64,000 nucleotides of DNA from Podarcis liolepis. Taxonomy: Eukaryota. The notes under the pieces are model-generated. The model did no database searches and was not told where the DNA came from. It saw only the letters and a list, made by a program, of their open reading frames with translations. Each line of letters begins with the position of its first letter. Position 1 is the stretch's first letter. Of the stretch, positions 12,686-24,843 are shown one piece after another. A program made the translations under genes and the position numbers. The stretch lies in NCBI GenBank assembly GCA_965112155.1, contig OZ218103.1; one strand, 5' to 3'.

Positions 12686-15154
12686 TTTTACTCAGAGTAG
12701 CACTCGCATACCAACATTCTTTTCAAATATTATTGGCCTAGTTACCTCATTGGGAAAGTCAGATCCTCAGGTCTGCTATATCTGTAGTTATGCATTCAAG
12801 GCTGTGCAAAGTGCCATATACCTCAAATTGTTTGGATTCGGCTTAAATGGTCATTCAGACCTGAATGTTTCTAATGTAGATTATCAATGATATGGACAAG
12901 CCTTTTGGTCACATTCAAAGCTCCTTTGTGCTAGAAAGTGAGCAGATGAAGCTGTCATTCCTTAACTATAATTTCCTGTTTTCATCCAAACCAGGAAATT
13001 TTGGTTAACATCTTCAGAACAAACCAAGATATTAAACAGTTTTTCAAAGTTTAATTAACTGGTAACCATGGTTTCCTAGTTCAGATGAAATTGGAAACTA
13101 TCGTTAATGGAAGACATTGTGGATTGTTTTGCTTGAAGTGAGGAATGAAAAGACTGTATGCACAGCCAAATTCCTGCTCTTGTCTCTGCTTACTAAGGGT
13201 GCTTCCAGACAGAGGTTTATTGTGGAATTGCTGCTGAACCATGCAATTTTTTCTTGCAGTGTCCGCATGAAGTTGTTGTCACCAAAATGCCAAGCAATAT
13301 ATTTTTTTTACATTTAATTTCCATACCCCTTACTGCGAAAAATAGATAAGTAAAAATAACTTATAAGCCTAAAGTCACTGCGGGTGTGGAAGCTAGTTAG
13401 TGCATTAGCACTTTTTTGTGTGGTGATGGTGGCAGTTTGTCACATGTGGTGACATTTCAGTGGATGGCCCCTAATGCGACAGTCTGTACACAGGTACAGA
13501 AATACCTGCATACATGCACAGAGCAGAAGGCAATGGAGGGTGGTGGTGGAGTGTTGGACAGGAGGGACAACAAAACCATCTTCATATACACTCTGTTGAG
13601 GTCCTCTAATGTGGACAGCAACTGGCAGAATAGCAATGATATCCATGACTAGGAGAGAGGTGGGGAACAGAAATATGTGGAAGCTAACATGCCAAATGTG
13701 CACACTGAAATATCTGATCTGAGCATTATGTTTGCAATATAAGCCCCCTCCTGGAAGCACCCTAAGGCAGCACAATAATAAGTGTCATTAATTATTTAGG
13801 TTGGGTGGATGTCTTATAAGAACAGTGGAAGCTGCATGCAAAGTCAGTCCATTGGTGCATCTAGCTGAATATAGTCTATAATGACTAGCAGTTGGTCTCC
13901 AGGTTTCAAGCAGGAGTTTGGAGATGACAGGAATTGGATAAACTGGCAGCTTCTGCATTCTTGTTCATGCTGAAAACGTACTCCATTGGAGTTAAAACTT
14001 AGGATGTTGTCCAAATTTTTATTTTGTAGCATATGACTTACATCTTCATTTGGTGATCCTGACCACTATCATGGGAGTTCTGAATAATTTTTATTTTATG
14101 TCTTTTATTGCCATATTCTCTAACATATATTAGTGCATACTAGTCCAAAGAGATCTTGTTTCATTGCTTCAGAGTCATTATACAGCTCTGGCAAGGGCTA
14201 TCTTACACTGAGATCTGGAGACTGGGTTTTAATAACACACCAGCTAAACTTTTGGGAATCCATTTTGAGTGTGTGTTGGGATTCCTTAGCTTTGCATCCA
14301 TACAGAATTTTCAGTGACTAGGTGGATACAGAACAGCTCCAGATCTGTTTGGCAGCAACATAAAACAGATGCTGCTTCAGTTAGCCAGGAATCATTTCTG
14401 GACTCTGTTGTAAGAGATGCTTCTTGTCTCTTAGAGTGGGGGAAGGGGATAAAGACTCTTTATTTAGAGCGATAATTTGGAGATGGTGCAGGGGCAAGTA
14501 AGCACTCAGCAAATTTTTCTTTGGGGCATGAACCAATAACCCTCTTCTTCCTGTCAGTACAGCTTGTGAGCCATGCAAGCTTCCGTGATGAGAATGGTTC
14601 TGTCAAGGGGGATGGAATGGTAGTTAGAAAAGCAGATAAATAGGCAGCAGATTTATTATGGTAGAGATTACCCGCAACTTCTGCAAACGACATTAGCCTT
14701 CCTGATGCTTCACTCATCTGTGGACAAAAGCATCAGCAAGTATAAACCAGCCATAAAGCGAAAATGGAGTAATGTCATCTCGGCTGTGGAGAATGCTAAA
14801 CGAAGCAGCTGGAACTGCTTCCTCTGATTAAAAGCTAGGGCTACTGCCTGAAGGAACATGCACTAGGAGAGTGGGAGGGAAAGAGATAACAAGTGTAAAT
14901 ATTTTAATTACTCTTTAAGAGGCAAGTTAAACATGCTTAAAATCTGCCTTCTTTGTATTTACAGAAATCTTTGAGTGTCTTTCTTTGTTTCCCATTGGGT
15001 GATCAGTGCTGTGGATAATGGAATGTGGGGAGCGGTTAATCTCAGATACACAGCACTCATATGCTTACTGGTATTTATTGATCAATACACGGAACATGAT
15101 TTGACGCTCTGTGTCCTGTTTAACCCTCTCTTTCTATCTGTTTAAACTCCCCAG

Positions 15155-15163
15155 TTTTCTTTG
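15155..15163 (+). CDS. PTPRF: Candidate 9-nt microexon (meA3-like, VFF)
   Basis: Pyrimidine tract...ctccccag|TTTTCTTTG|gtaagt; phase 1-1, in frame, upstream of meA6 like the 9-nt A3 exon of PTPRD. Confidence 0.62.
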
Positions 15164-16227
15164 GTAAGTGCTTGGTGTTCAGATGTGCAAAATCTGCATC
15201 AAACCAACACATACCATGAACTGCCTACAAATTAGATCTGCATGAATCTCCCTCACCTTACTAACAGCCTTCATTTGCACAAAATAAGACCAAGGGGACA
15301 AAACTGGGGATCAGAGGAGTTTGCTGTCAGTTTACATACACGGGTCTCCCTCTGCACATCTGGACCATGCTAACAATAAAGCCCATGACTGAGCAAACTG
15401 CACTTTTGCTTGAGGTTTTGGAGCAGTTAGCTTTGTAACCAAGCCCTCCTTATAAGATGCACTCATAGCATGTGAACTTATTTTCTGCTCCCTTATAAGG
15501 AGGGTTGGAATCCCTTTCCTCTACCTACTGTATAAATTACGCAGAGCGAGTCTGGTGCTCCATTGGTCCAAATAAAAACTAGAAGAAAGTGCTTTAGATT
15601 TTTATTTGAAAAATCTGTTGTGTAGAATACCAATTTCTGGCCATGGGGAGCCTGGTGTAGGTTTTATTAAAGTTACCCCTGAATTCATCACTCAGTTTTT
15701 AAGTTTCAATTACATAATCAGATTTTGTCCCCAACGGTCCATGTAATCTTAAACTAAGAATGTGTGTCTCACCAACACCATATGCTTAATTTTTCTCCCC
15801 ACACACACTCTCTCACAACACTCACTCTGGTACTCCCACAGCCCCATCTTCTGGCAGAATAAAAGGGCGCAGCAACCATATCCCAGTGGCTTCTCCATCT
15901 CAGTTGTGACAATGAATGCCAGTGGTTTTGCTTAGGGGTCAGAGCCCTCCTTTGTGTAGGACCAGCAATATATTAATTGGGTAAAATGGGGCCAGACTCT
16001 GTGTTCTTGGTAGCAGAGAGCTTTACTAACCACCTGAGGGCATCACTCTGACTTGTTACTGCACATCCTTTATTTCTTTTTATTTATTTATTTTTGTTTG
16101 TTCCTGTTGCGCTAATACAGATTCTAGCTTTGAAAAACTTTCTACTTTTTTAGTTATAATTTTCTTCCTTTCCTCTTTGTACTAACGCTTCTCTCTAATC
16201 TTATTTGCATTCAAATTACCTCACCAG

Positions 16228-16245
16228 GTGGTACACCAATCAGAG
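16228..16245 (+). CDS. PTPRF: Microexon meA6 (18 nt, GGTPIR)
   Basis: tcaccag|GTGGTACACCAATCAGAG|gtaaga; TACTAAC branch point at 16180-16186, TGC at 16206; peptide matches LAR-family mini-exon A. Confidence 0.93.
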
Positions 16246-16415
16246 GTAAGAATGCTGAACTGTGCCTCTAATTGTCATGTCACTCCATATCCTTTCTGCC
16301 ATGCCCGTCTCCAACAGTATATCATCTCCAGCTATTCTTTCACTCCAAACTCTTGTCAGCTCACTTGCGCATCTGCTGTTCCTTCCTGTGTGTGCTTGTT
16401 TTTGTTTATTTTTAG

Positions 16416-16445
16416 TGTGGCGCCTTGTAGAATCATCCATCGCAG
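16416..16445 (+). CDS. PTPRF: Candidate 30-nt exon (VWRLVESSIA); an internal AG would give a 15-nt form, 16431-16445 (ESSIA)
   Basis: Long U-rich tract ...tttgtttatttttag|TGTGGCGCCTTGTAGAATCATCCATCGCAG|gtgtgc; phase 1-1, no stop; donor only moderate. Confidence 0.38.
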
Positions 16446-16793
16446 GTGTGCACAGGTCAAAGGGGGTTATTCAACGGGAGGTTTTCAGAGGGAGAACGCT
16501 ATCCCCATTCATGCCACAGAGGGCTCTGAGGTCTTGAATCTTTCAGATTCAGTCACCCTCTGGGGCACCACGTCCTGGCAGGTCTGAAATAGCTGCTGTG
16601 GCGTGTTTTGAAGGATGTAACACTTTCACAAGAGAACAGTGAAGCCCTTCCTTCTGCATTATTGCTGACAGGAATTGAACTAATACAAAGGAAATAAATT
16701 CTTAAAATGCCAGGCAAATCTAACTTGAGGAATAAGACTGGAGGACTTTCTTTGAGAGCTGAAGGTGCACCTTTTCATAAATTTAATAAATAA

Positions 16794-16794
<1 letters not shown>

Positions 16795-16845
<51 letters not shown>
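16795..16845. repeat. (ATT)n microsatellite
   Basis: Direct read. Confidence 0.97.
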
Positions 16846-19800
16846 TTGCTGGCCCTTCTCTGATATGAAGGTGAAGGGAGGAGATCTAAGATGCCAGCTC
16901 CACCCCTTCTGAAGCCTGACAAGGATTCATGGTGCACTGTAGCATAAAGATTTGTTGTGAGTAAATGAATCAGACACACATCTGGCTGCATTAAGTCTTC
17001 AATTGTTCAATCCACCTCCAGTCTGACAGCTCTGCATTCCCAGACCTTGCTAGTTTCACTGCCTATATGTGCTAGTAACATTTCTAGCCTACACACTCAA
17101 AGTAGTCCCTTGAATTAATTTTAAGGTTGTAATCAGTACTATATAGTGTGACTCTGATCTCTTGTGATTTCAGTTACTGCTGTTGACTGACCCCTGAATT
17201 TCCTGATAAACTTTTTAGCACCACTAAATTACACTATCTCATTTGTCCAATGCTCCCCTTCTTTCCTCCCCCTTCTCTCTCCACTGAATCACTGCTGGAA
17301 GTTAATAATCCAAGTCTTTGGAACTGGTTCTGTTGCTGGGGGTTAATGTTTTCAGTTCTTGTTAAGTGATTTTGGAGCAAATGGGGGTTGCTGTTTCAAG
17401 TGTATTTGCATCAAGTTGCTTCTGTGAAAAATCTGGGTCAGGGGAAAAACTGTAAACCTCATTTTGATATGAATGGGTTTCTCTGTCATCTTCTCTCTGG
17501 AATGCTGCAAGATTGACAGCTGTGATGCCACACATTTTTAAAACCTTTTCTCTGCTTCTATCACAACTCTGAAAGCAAAATGACAGACTGAATGCTAAGT
17601 AACCAAGCAGGCCCTATCTTTGCCCATATCAGGTTGGGCCTTTCCCAGCACACAACTGCTATGTATTTCCTCTGTATCAACAAGCGAGGGCATTAATGAC
17701 TCAGCACCAGAACCGCCTGGATGTTCCGTACATCCTTTTTGAGAAAAGTGGACATATCTTTATAATGAGAATCATCCATCTCATAAAACATAAATCTCCC
17801 TATCTGAGTCCTAATGAGGTATTTTAAGAATGTGTCTGACATTATTTAAAATGTATGTGTCCCGTTTGAATGTCAAAGATGACATTTCTGTACGTGCCAA
17901 AAAGCCACCTCTTAGCATCTCATACAGGATTTGTGTCAGACTTACACCTTTTGTTAAACACACAGGCTATTGAGTCTCTAAAGATTACCAGATGTGGTAG
18001 GTGAAGGCACTTTTGTGAAAGGGAGGTTATACTCACATAGTGGTCTGTACTGTGGTTCTCACTAAGGTAAGTTTGTTGCACTTCTGGGATCAATTTGATG
18101 TGAAATAAAACTAAATTGTTTTTTTGTTTGCACGGCTAGTTGGATGTAAAGTTTTCAGTGGTTCATGTTGAGAGGTGGATTCTATGTGAATGCATTGAAG
18201 GGCCAATCATACTTTCTGCCTATTGAATGGAAGTGTTATGGAAGTCAGGCTGGAGAAGCAGGATAAAATTTTATTTCTGAAACTAACCTTTCCTTTGGGC
18301 CCTGCAGCCGCAGTTCTACTCTTGCTGTCCAGAGGTGCTGTCATTTTTCTAACTGAGAGCTCTGTGTTCACAAGGCATGTTGTCACTTTTAACATTCCCC
18401 CTTTGCCTTTCAGGTGAGACCCAGGCTGAAAGGTCAGGGTGAGTTTTGATAGACTGTTCAGAGATGCATGGGTCTAGTTGGTGACTGGCAGGTTAGACAA
18501 GAGGATGGATGAATGGATGTGTATTTTGAAGGATGGCTAGTAAGCAAAAATAAAAGCGGCTTTAGGGGAAGTGACTTGACACATGTCCCCTTTCTCAAAG
18601 TTCAAATCAAGTTTTCTATGTTGTTATAGAATGCAATTAAATATTATGAGAAATATTTCTCCTGGAAGCAGAAAATGCTGGCATGTCATGGACCTCTGAT
18701 GCTTCAGATTTTGCCATTGCAGGTACATGAGAAGCAGTGGAAGTGTTAAAGGGAAGACAGCATTTTAAATGGTCCTTTCCTTCACAAAATAAATTGGAAT
18801 CAATTGGAAAACGTTCGTACCCGTTGACTGGATAGACTTTCCTCCAGTGTGAGTTTCACGACTGCAAAGCAGAAGGACAATTACTTTGAAACAGAAAGAT
18901 CTGATAATTGGCAGAGAAGGGCTGAGAAACTTTTTATCTAATACTTTTACTATTGCCCAAATTTCACGCTGTTTTGCCCTTAGCACCCTCTTTGGCAGCC
19001 TTGTAGTGCTGCTTCTCTTGGGATCTGCATATCTCAATCTCTCTTTTTCTGTATCTGGAGTACAAGAGGAAAGTGCATGAATGTCAGATGCATGATACAC
19101 AAAAGGAAGGGGAATCAGTGATTGAGCTGTATTCCTGCATTTGCCCTTGTGTGCTGCTCAGTTTCATAGCTCTCCACCAGTGACTGCCTCACTTGTATAT
19201 ATCACAGAAACCCAGCTTCATTCCAGGTCCCAGCCATGCCAATCATCATGCTCAGGAAGAAGAGGCACAGCTGAAAAGGAACATAATGAGCATCAGTAAT
19301 AACATCACTGTGGTAGTTTTGTTTTTATTTATTTAGCTTATTTGGCCGTAAAAAATAAATAAATTTGAGATGGGGGCATTTGGCTGCCATTCCAGGTAGC
19401 ACCTAGGATTATTAGAGCTGAAAATCTAAGCAGCATGTTAAGTAGAGTATTGATATATAAATCATGATCCAGAAAATGTTGTGCACCAATTTACTCTACT
19501 GGCAACTGCAGAGCTGCAAGAACCCAGTGTGAGATTGTGAAAGTAGGCTTTTGCCTTCCTTATCAAATCCTCAAAAAGGTTTCACTCTTGTGGACTTATA
19601 TGAACATAAATTTAACTGAATACAAGTGAAGCTTCTGAGTAAACATTCATAGGATTGCTCTGTAAATGAGACAGTCAACATTTTTCATTAACTTTGCTGG
19701 CAAAGCAAGGCAGGTCCTGCCAAAACCAGAACACTTCTATGTTCCATAGATTAGACATACCTTCAGAAATGTAAGGTGAGAAGGTATCTGTGGATTTATT

Positions 19801-19885
19801 TATTTTAGCCATCTCTGACCATGCTTATGAAGCCCACCAACCCCCACTACCTATTTTCACTTACAATTACAAGTCAGTAGAGAGT

Positions 19886-19980
19886 AGCCTTCCCCAATTC
19901 CCATCAGCCCCAGCTAGCAAAGCCAATAGTGAGGAATGATGAGAATTCTAGTACAAAACATTTTGGGGTTGGGGAAGGCG
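19886..19980. repeat. Short dispersed repeat; second copy at ~43811-43902
   Basis: Shared catca(g/a)ccccagc...ccaat(a/g)gt(g/c)agg(a/g)at... core in both copies. Confidence 0.6.
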
Positions 19981-20249
19981 ATATAAAGCATATGCATGTG
20001 CCTCACAAGTAGAGAGGAGCAATGTAGGGAAACGCACATACATAATGTTTGGAAATATCCAGGGTCAAGGAACAGGAGGCTAGGAGGTTGAATCCCCTTT
20101 CTTGGGGGTTCCCTCTGCCTCCTGTCAGCCATGATGCAGGTCATCATTGCTTGCTGTTACTATATTTTAATACTTGCTTTTGTTATATCTGAAGGCAGTG
20201 ATGGACTGGATGTGGGCCAACAAATTAAAAATGAATCCTGAAAATCCAG

Positions 20250-20975
20250 GAGCTGGGAGGGCAGCCTCTTCTGAGCAGGGTTGCAATCCCCTGGAAGAAG
20301 CAGGTTCATAGCTTGAGGGTGTTGTCCAGCATTGTCACTTTTGGTGGCTAATTTCCTGCTATGGCTGGTTTGCCAGCTACAACCCCTTATGGACAGAGGT
20401 GACTTCGCCACAGTGCTGCATGCTCTGGTAACTTCCAGATTGGACTACTCTACATGAAGATGACTTGGAAACTTCAACTGGTTCAAAATTCAATGGTCAG
20501 ATCGCTGGCTGGGTTTGCCTTTAGCACTTATGCAACTCATGTTCTAAAACAGCTACATTTCCTGCCAATTCAAGCTGCTCATGCTAGTTTTTAAAGCTCT
20601 AAATTATTTAAGCCCCAAATATCTGAGACACTGCTGCCTTCTCTACAGACCCTCTCAGATATTAAGATCAGCAGAGACGTCCTTTGGGTGGCTCTGCCGC
20701 CCTCAGAAATTCAAGGTGATGGCTCAGGAGAGGACATTCTTTGCAGCAGCTTATAAATAGTGGCACCTTTGCTATATAGCCTTTGTCAGTTGCTGAAGAC
20801 GCACCTTTTTATCCTGGTGTTTTCAGATGTGTGTTTTCAGGACCCACCTGAAATTAGTTTTAACTGTTTTTAATACTGAATTTAAATCATAGTAACCAGC
20901 CCTGGCACCTGCTGATGAAGGGTGGGTAATAAATTTAACAACAGCAGCAACGTAGCAGCAGCAGTAGTAGTAGAT
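20250..20975 (+). mobile_element. Degraded L2-type LINE, 3' part
   Basis: Remnants such as HALVTSRLDY and KLQLVQN; ends in AATAAA plus a CAG/TAG-type simple-repeat tail. Confidence 0.7.
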
Positions 20976-22363
20976 GAAGTTTTCCTGGTCTGGGTTACAA
21001 AACATTAAAAACAAACCTGATAATGCTGCTGCTGCTGTATTAAAGAACAGCCAACTTATTAGTATTATATGTGAAAACACCTTAAGAGTGGCAGAAGGAA
21101 GGCTTTTCTGGCTGCCCCTTGCCAGCCCCAGCATAACAATAGGAAGGGCTCCCTACATCATTTTTATTACATAGCAAAGCTCAGTGAGGTTCATTTTTTC
21201 TCTCCCTGACATATAGACTTAGGCTACAGTCTCAATTTATCCTTCTAAATAATGTAGGTGGCAGCAGTTGATTCACATTAGTTTTCCTTCTGTTGCAATG
21301 ATATGAAAACTGAATTTGACCTCCGTTCCTTGAAGTGGGAAGAGCGGAGACAGCAATTTTGGCTTCTGTTCACAGTGCTGTTTTCTCTGGCAAATGGAAA
21401 TGGGTTCAGACTCTGACAAGCAGACAGGTTAATGCTTTTTCTCTTGGTTCAGGTGTGTATGTGTTTCTGAGCAAATGCCCTCTTCTGCCATCTCTGGAAT
21501 CTCAACTTCTGGAAGAACCAAGAAAGTCTTTGCTACTCAGGAAGTATGGAGGTTCTGATCTGGCAAAGTGGCATCAAGGCTACTTCTACATTCACCCTTT
21601 GCTTATTTTCCCCTTCACTATTGTCATCCTTACTTCCTCCACAAGCTAGATGCAGCCCATTTTAAATGATTTCCAGAGGAAACAACTGGACAGGGTTCAG
21701 CACTCATCTATGATGGACGAGATAAGGAACAAGAATTCAATTCAAGCCGTATTTGTCCCTAATGTTGGTTGGGCTGATTTCAGGTTTAAATTGGATTTAA
21801 CACAAGTTGTACCATTTTCTGATGCTGACTTATTAATTGTATTGATGATTGTATTGAGGACTTTATCATAAATGAAAGGACTTCTCAGGGTACAATCTTG
21901 TAATCCTTTTGGTTTGTAGGTTTCTAAGATTCTGTTATTCATACTTTATGGGGAAGTGAAAGTTTAATTTTAGAGAATCGAATTGATAATTAAAGGAAGG
22001 AGAGTAGTGCATCAAGATGCAAATTGGTTGTGTGAAGATTGTATTCGTTGTGATATTTCAACGGATAAACCTGAATTCTTTTGAAAGTTTCTGTGCTTGG
22101 TAGAAATGGATGTGTTCCATAAGAAGTGAATTGAAAAGGTGTCAGTAACTGTTTGCCTGTGCAGCTATAAAAACTGGACACAGCAGGTGCTTTTTAGCAA
22201 CAACCAAGTGGAAGTGGTGTTTGGTGGACCCTCTGAGAAGTGCCATGCCACACATTTACCAGAAACCCTTTGTGTCCTAAGTTAGGGACACAGAGCAAAA
22301 ATTTACATGTTTTGTAAATATATTATTATAACCAATATTGTCTGTGTTCTATTTTCCACATAG

Positions 22364-22474
22364 GAGCTCTACAGATTGAGAACAGTGAAGAGTCAGACCA
22401 AGGCAAATATGAATGTGTCGCCACGAACAGTGCTGGGACCCGTTACTCTGCTCCAGCCAACCTTTATGTGCGAG
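22364..22474 (+). CDS. PTPRF: PTPRF exon, Ig2 C-terminal half (111 nt)
   Basis: ttccacatag|GA GCT CTA CAG...GTG CGA G|gtaaag; (G)[36 protein letters not shown]. Not in the ORF track. Confidence 0.96.
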
Positions 22475-23804
22475 GTAAAGTTGGAGAAGGCAAACTTCCA
22501 TCCCTTTCTACCTTCTCTTCCGTGTCTACACCTTCTCTAATGACCCATGAGACGTTGCAGTGAGAGGTTACCTTTATGATGTATTGTAAATGATGAAACC
22601 TAAATGCCCAACCAGTCATTGAGTTCAAGCCTTGGAAAGTCAATTCTTGCCACAATTTTTTTTCTTTATTTCATTTTTTTCGCCAGAGCTTCTTTAATGG
22701 TCAGACTGGTTAAACCACTGTCATAAAGGGGGCAGAAGTTCATGTTTAATTATTTGTCTATTTTGTTAAACAAAAGCGTGTTTGGGGGCTTTGTGAAATT
22801 AGTGGGTCTCTCTTTTTCTCACCACCACCCTTTTTGGGGAGGGTTTATTTATTTATTTTAATGAGATAAAGCTTTGAGCATTCATTTCATAAGCTTGACT
22901 TGTTCTCTTGCAGGTGAGTTGGTGCATCATGTTGACTCTGGAATAGCATGTTAGTTTCCATAAGCTCTCTTGGTCAACACCTTGTCAGCAACGGGGATTA
23001 TTGCAGAAGCTATTACAATAGCTTCCATTCCTGCTGAGAATCAGCTTCAGTTTGTTGCACGAAGCCACTTTGCCAGACTATTTTCTTAACTTGTTATTAT
23101 TCCTAGATCTCAAAGTCTTTTCACTCACTGCGTTAAATTTGATACAGAATTTTGTGTTTGGAGAGCAAAGAGTTTGGTACTTCATTAAAAGCTGATTAGT
23201 TTTCTGTTCTGTTTTACATGGGGACAATGCGTGTTCTCCTTGGCCAGACCTTGTATTAGCCAGGGATATTAATGTAAGAGACCCCTTGGAGGTGTGTGGT
23301 TTGGTACTTACATAACAGTGGGAAAGAAGAAGAGTGTCAATTTGGTGCCTTTGACTGGTTGGCAGTTAAACTCATATTTTATTCCTTCTTAGGTCCTGGA
23401 TCTCAATAACTACCCATTTAGAAATACTGTTTCCATCTTCATTCCTTCCTCTGTCTTTTCTCTTTTCTCTCTCTCTCTGTCTCCTCACTTGATTGTTGCT
23501 TCCTAATACTCATGCACACACCTTTTATTTGTGGGGTGGAGGGGAGCTGCCTTAACCAAGCTGAGGAAGAGTTATTCCCAGGAGAAGCCAAAATGACTTA
23601 CTGTGTGATTGCTTCTAGGTCTCTCGGTTACTCTCATTGTGTTCAGCACTCATTTTCTACAGGTGCCGTTTCATCTTGCAGAACAATTTCAACATACAAA
23701 TCTGTACGATGCTGAAGTTTCAGATAGTCTCAGAACTCTTTATCTGTGCAGCAGAAATGCCCATTTCTCAAGCATAATGTGCTTATTATTGACCTTATAT
23801 ACCC

Positions 23805-23811
<7 letters not shown>

Positions 23812-23836
<25 letters not shown>
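23812..23836. repeat. (TG)n microsatellite
   Basis: Direct read. Confidence 0.95.
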
Positions 23837-24776
23837 AGTCAGCTCTAGTAAAAATAATGTCATATCTCCCCAGAGTAAAGGGAGGGTGTTTGTTTGAACA
23901 TATTTCATGTTTACATTGTTGTGTAAATTTTTGGACATTCTTAATCACTTTCACATTTTATTTCAAGTATCTTTCTCTGTGTCGAGCCTTTCCGAAAAAG
24001 CTTGGGAAGGCTAATGTTTCACCTGAATACACAGCTTGCCAAGGCAAAGAAACCTCACCTTTAAACCTGCCTGATTCCCTGTTTGTTGAGACTTTCTTTA
24101 TTTAGCTAGAGAACTCCCCTTAGATTCTAAGGAGTGCAGTAAACTGTGACCCCAGGTTTGATGCGAAGAGCAGGTTGTTCAGCTAGCTGGCTGGCTGGCT
24201 CTCTCTGGAGATAAGGTGACACAAGCCAAGCTTCTAGTAAGGATATGTTTCTAGCCCTGTGTGTGTGGCTCATTTTCTATTAACTGTTGTATTTCTCAGG
24301 CATAAATTTCGAAACAAGCCTCTTTCTATTGCGTATAATCTTTACAAGGTTGGACTCCAAGCTGCAGGATTGAGATAAAGCCCCATAGTATATAAAAGAC
24401 AGGTTACTACATAAATTGTCCCCTGTGGAGGTTTGCCATATGTACTGTTTCTTGGACTATATTTGTGCAGGCGGCTTTGTTTTATAGAACAAAATAGACG
24501 CCCTAACCAGCCCAGTGAAAGACTTTCACAATTCCTTTGGCTCCCAATCCATTGCCAAAGCAGGAGGCTACTTCCCTTGTTTGAGAAAACAGAACAGGAT
24601 GTATGCACAAATCTTATCCCCATGTTATATTATTGAAACCATACAAGTTTCATGTCACTAGAGGCAATGAATACTGTAGCCATGATGACCCCTTCTTGCT
24701 TGCAAAGTGTCCTGAGGTAGGGTTGGTTTGCATCAGGGGATGGAGTATTCAGTTTTCCCACTGCTGTTCCTGTGTG

Positions 24777-24797
24777 GGGGTGGGTGGGTGGGTGGGT

Positions 24798-24842
<45 letters not shown>
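24777..24842. repeat. Compound (GGGT)n-(CA)n microsatellite
   Basis: Direct read. Confidence 0.95.

Positions 24843-24843
<1 letters not shown>

Noticed and set aside
16680-16991. ORFs with poly-Ile, CV or HT runs (also near 24600-24950, 43462, 44455, 58922)
   Set aside because: Translations of microsatellites
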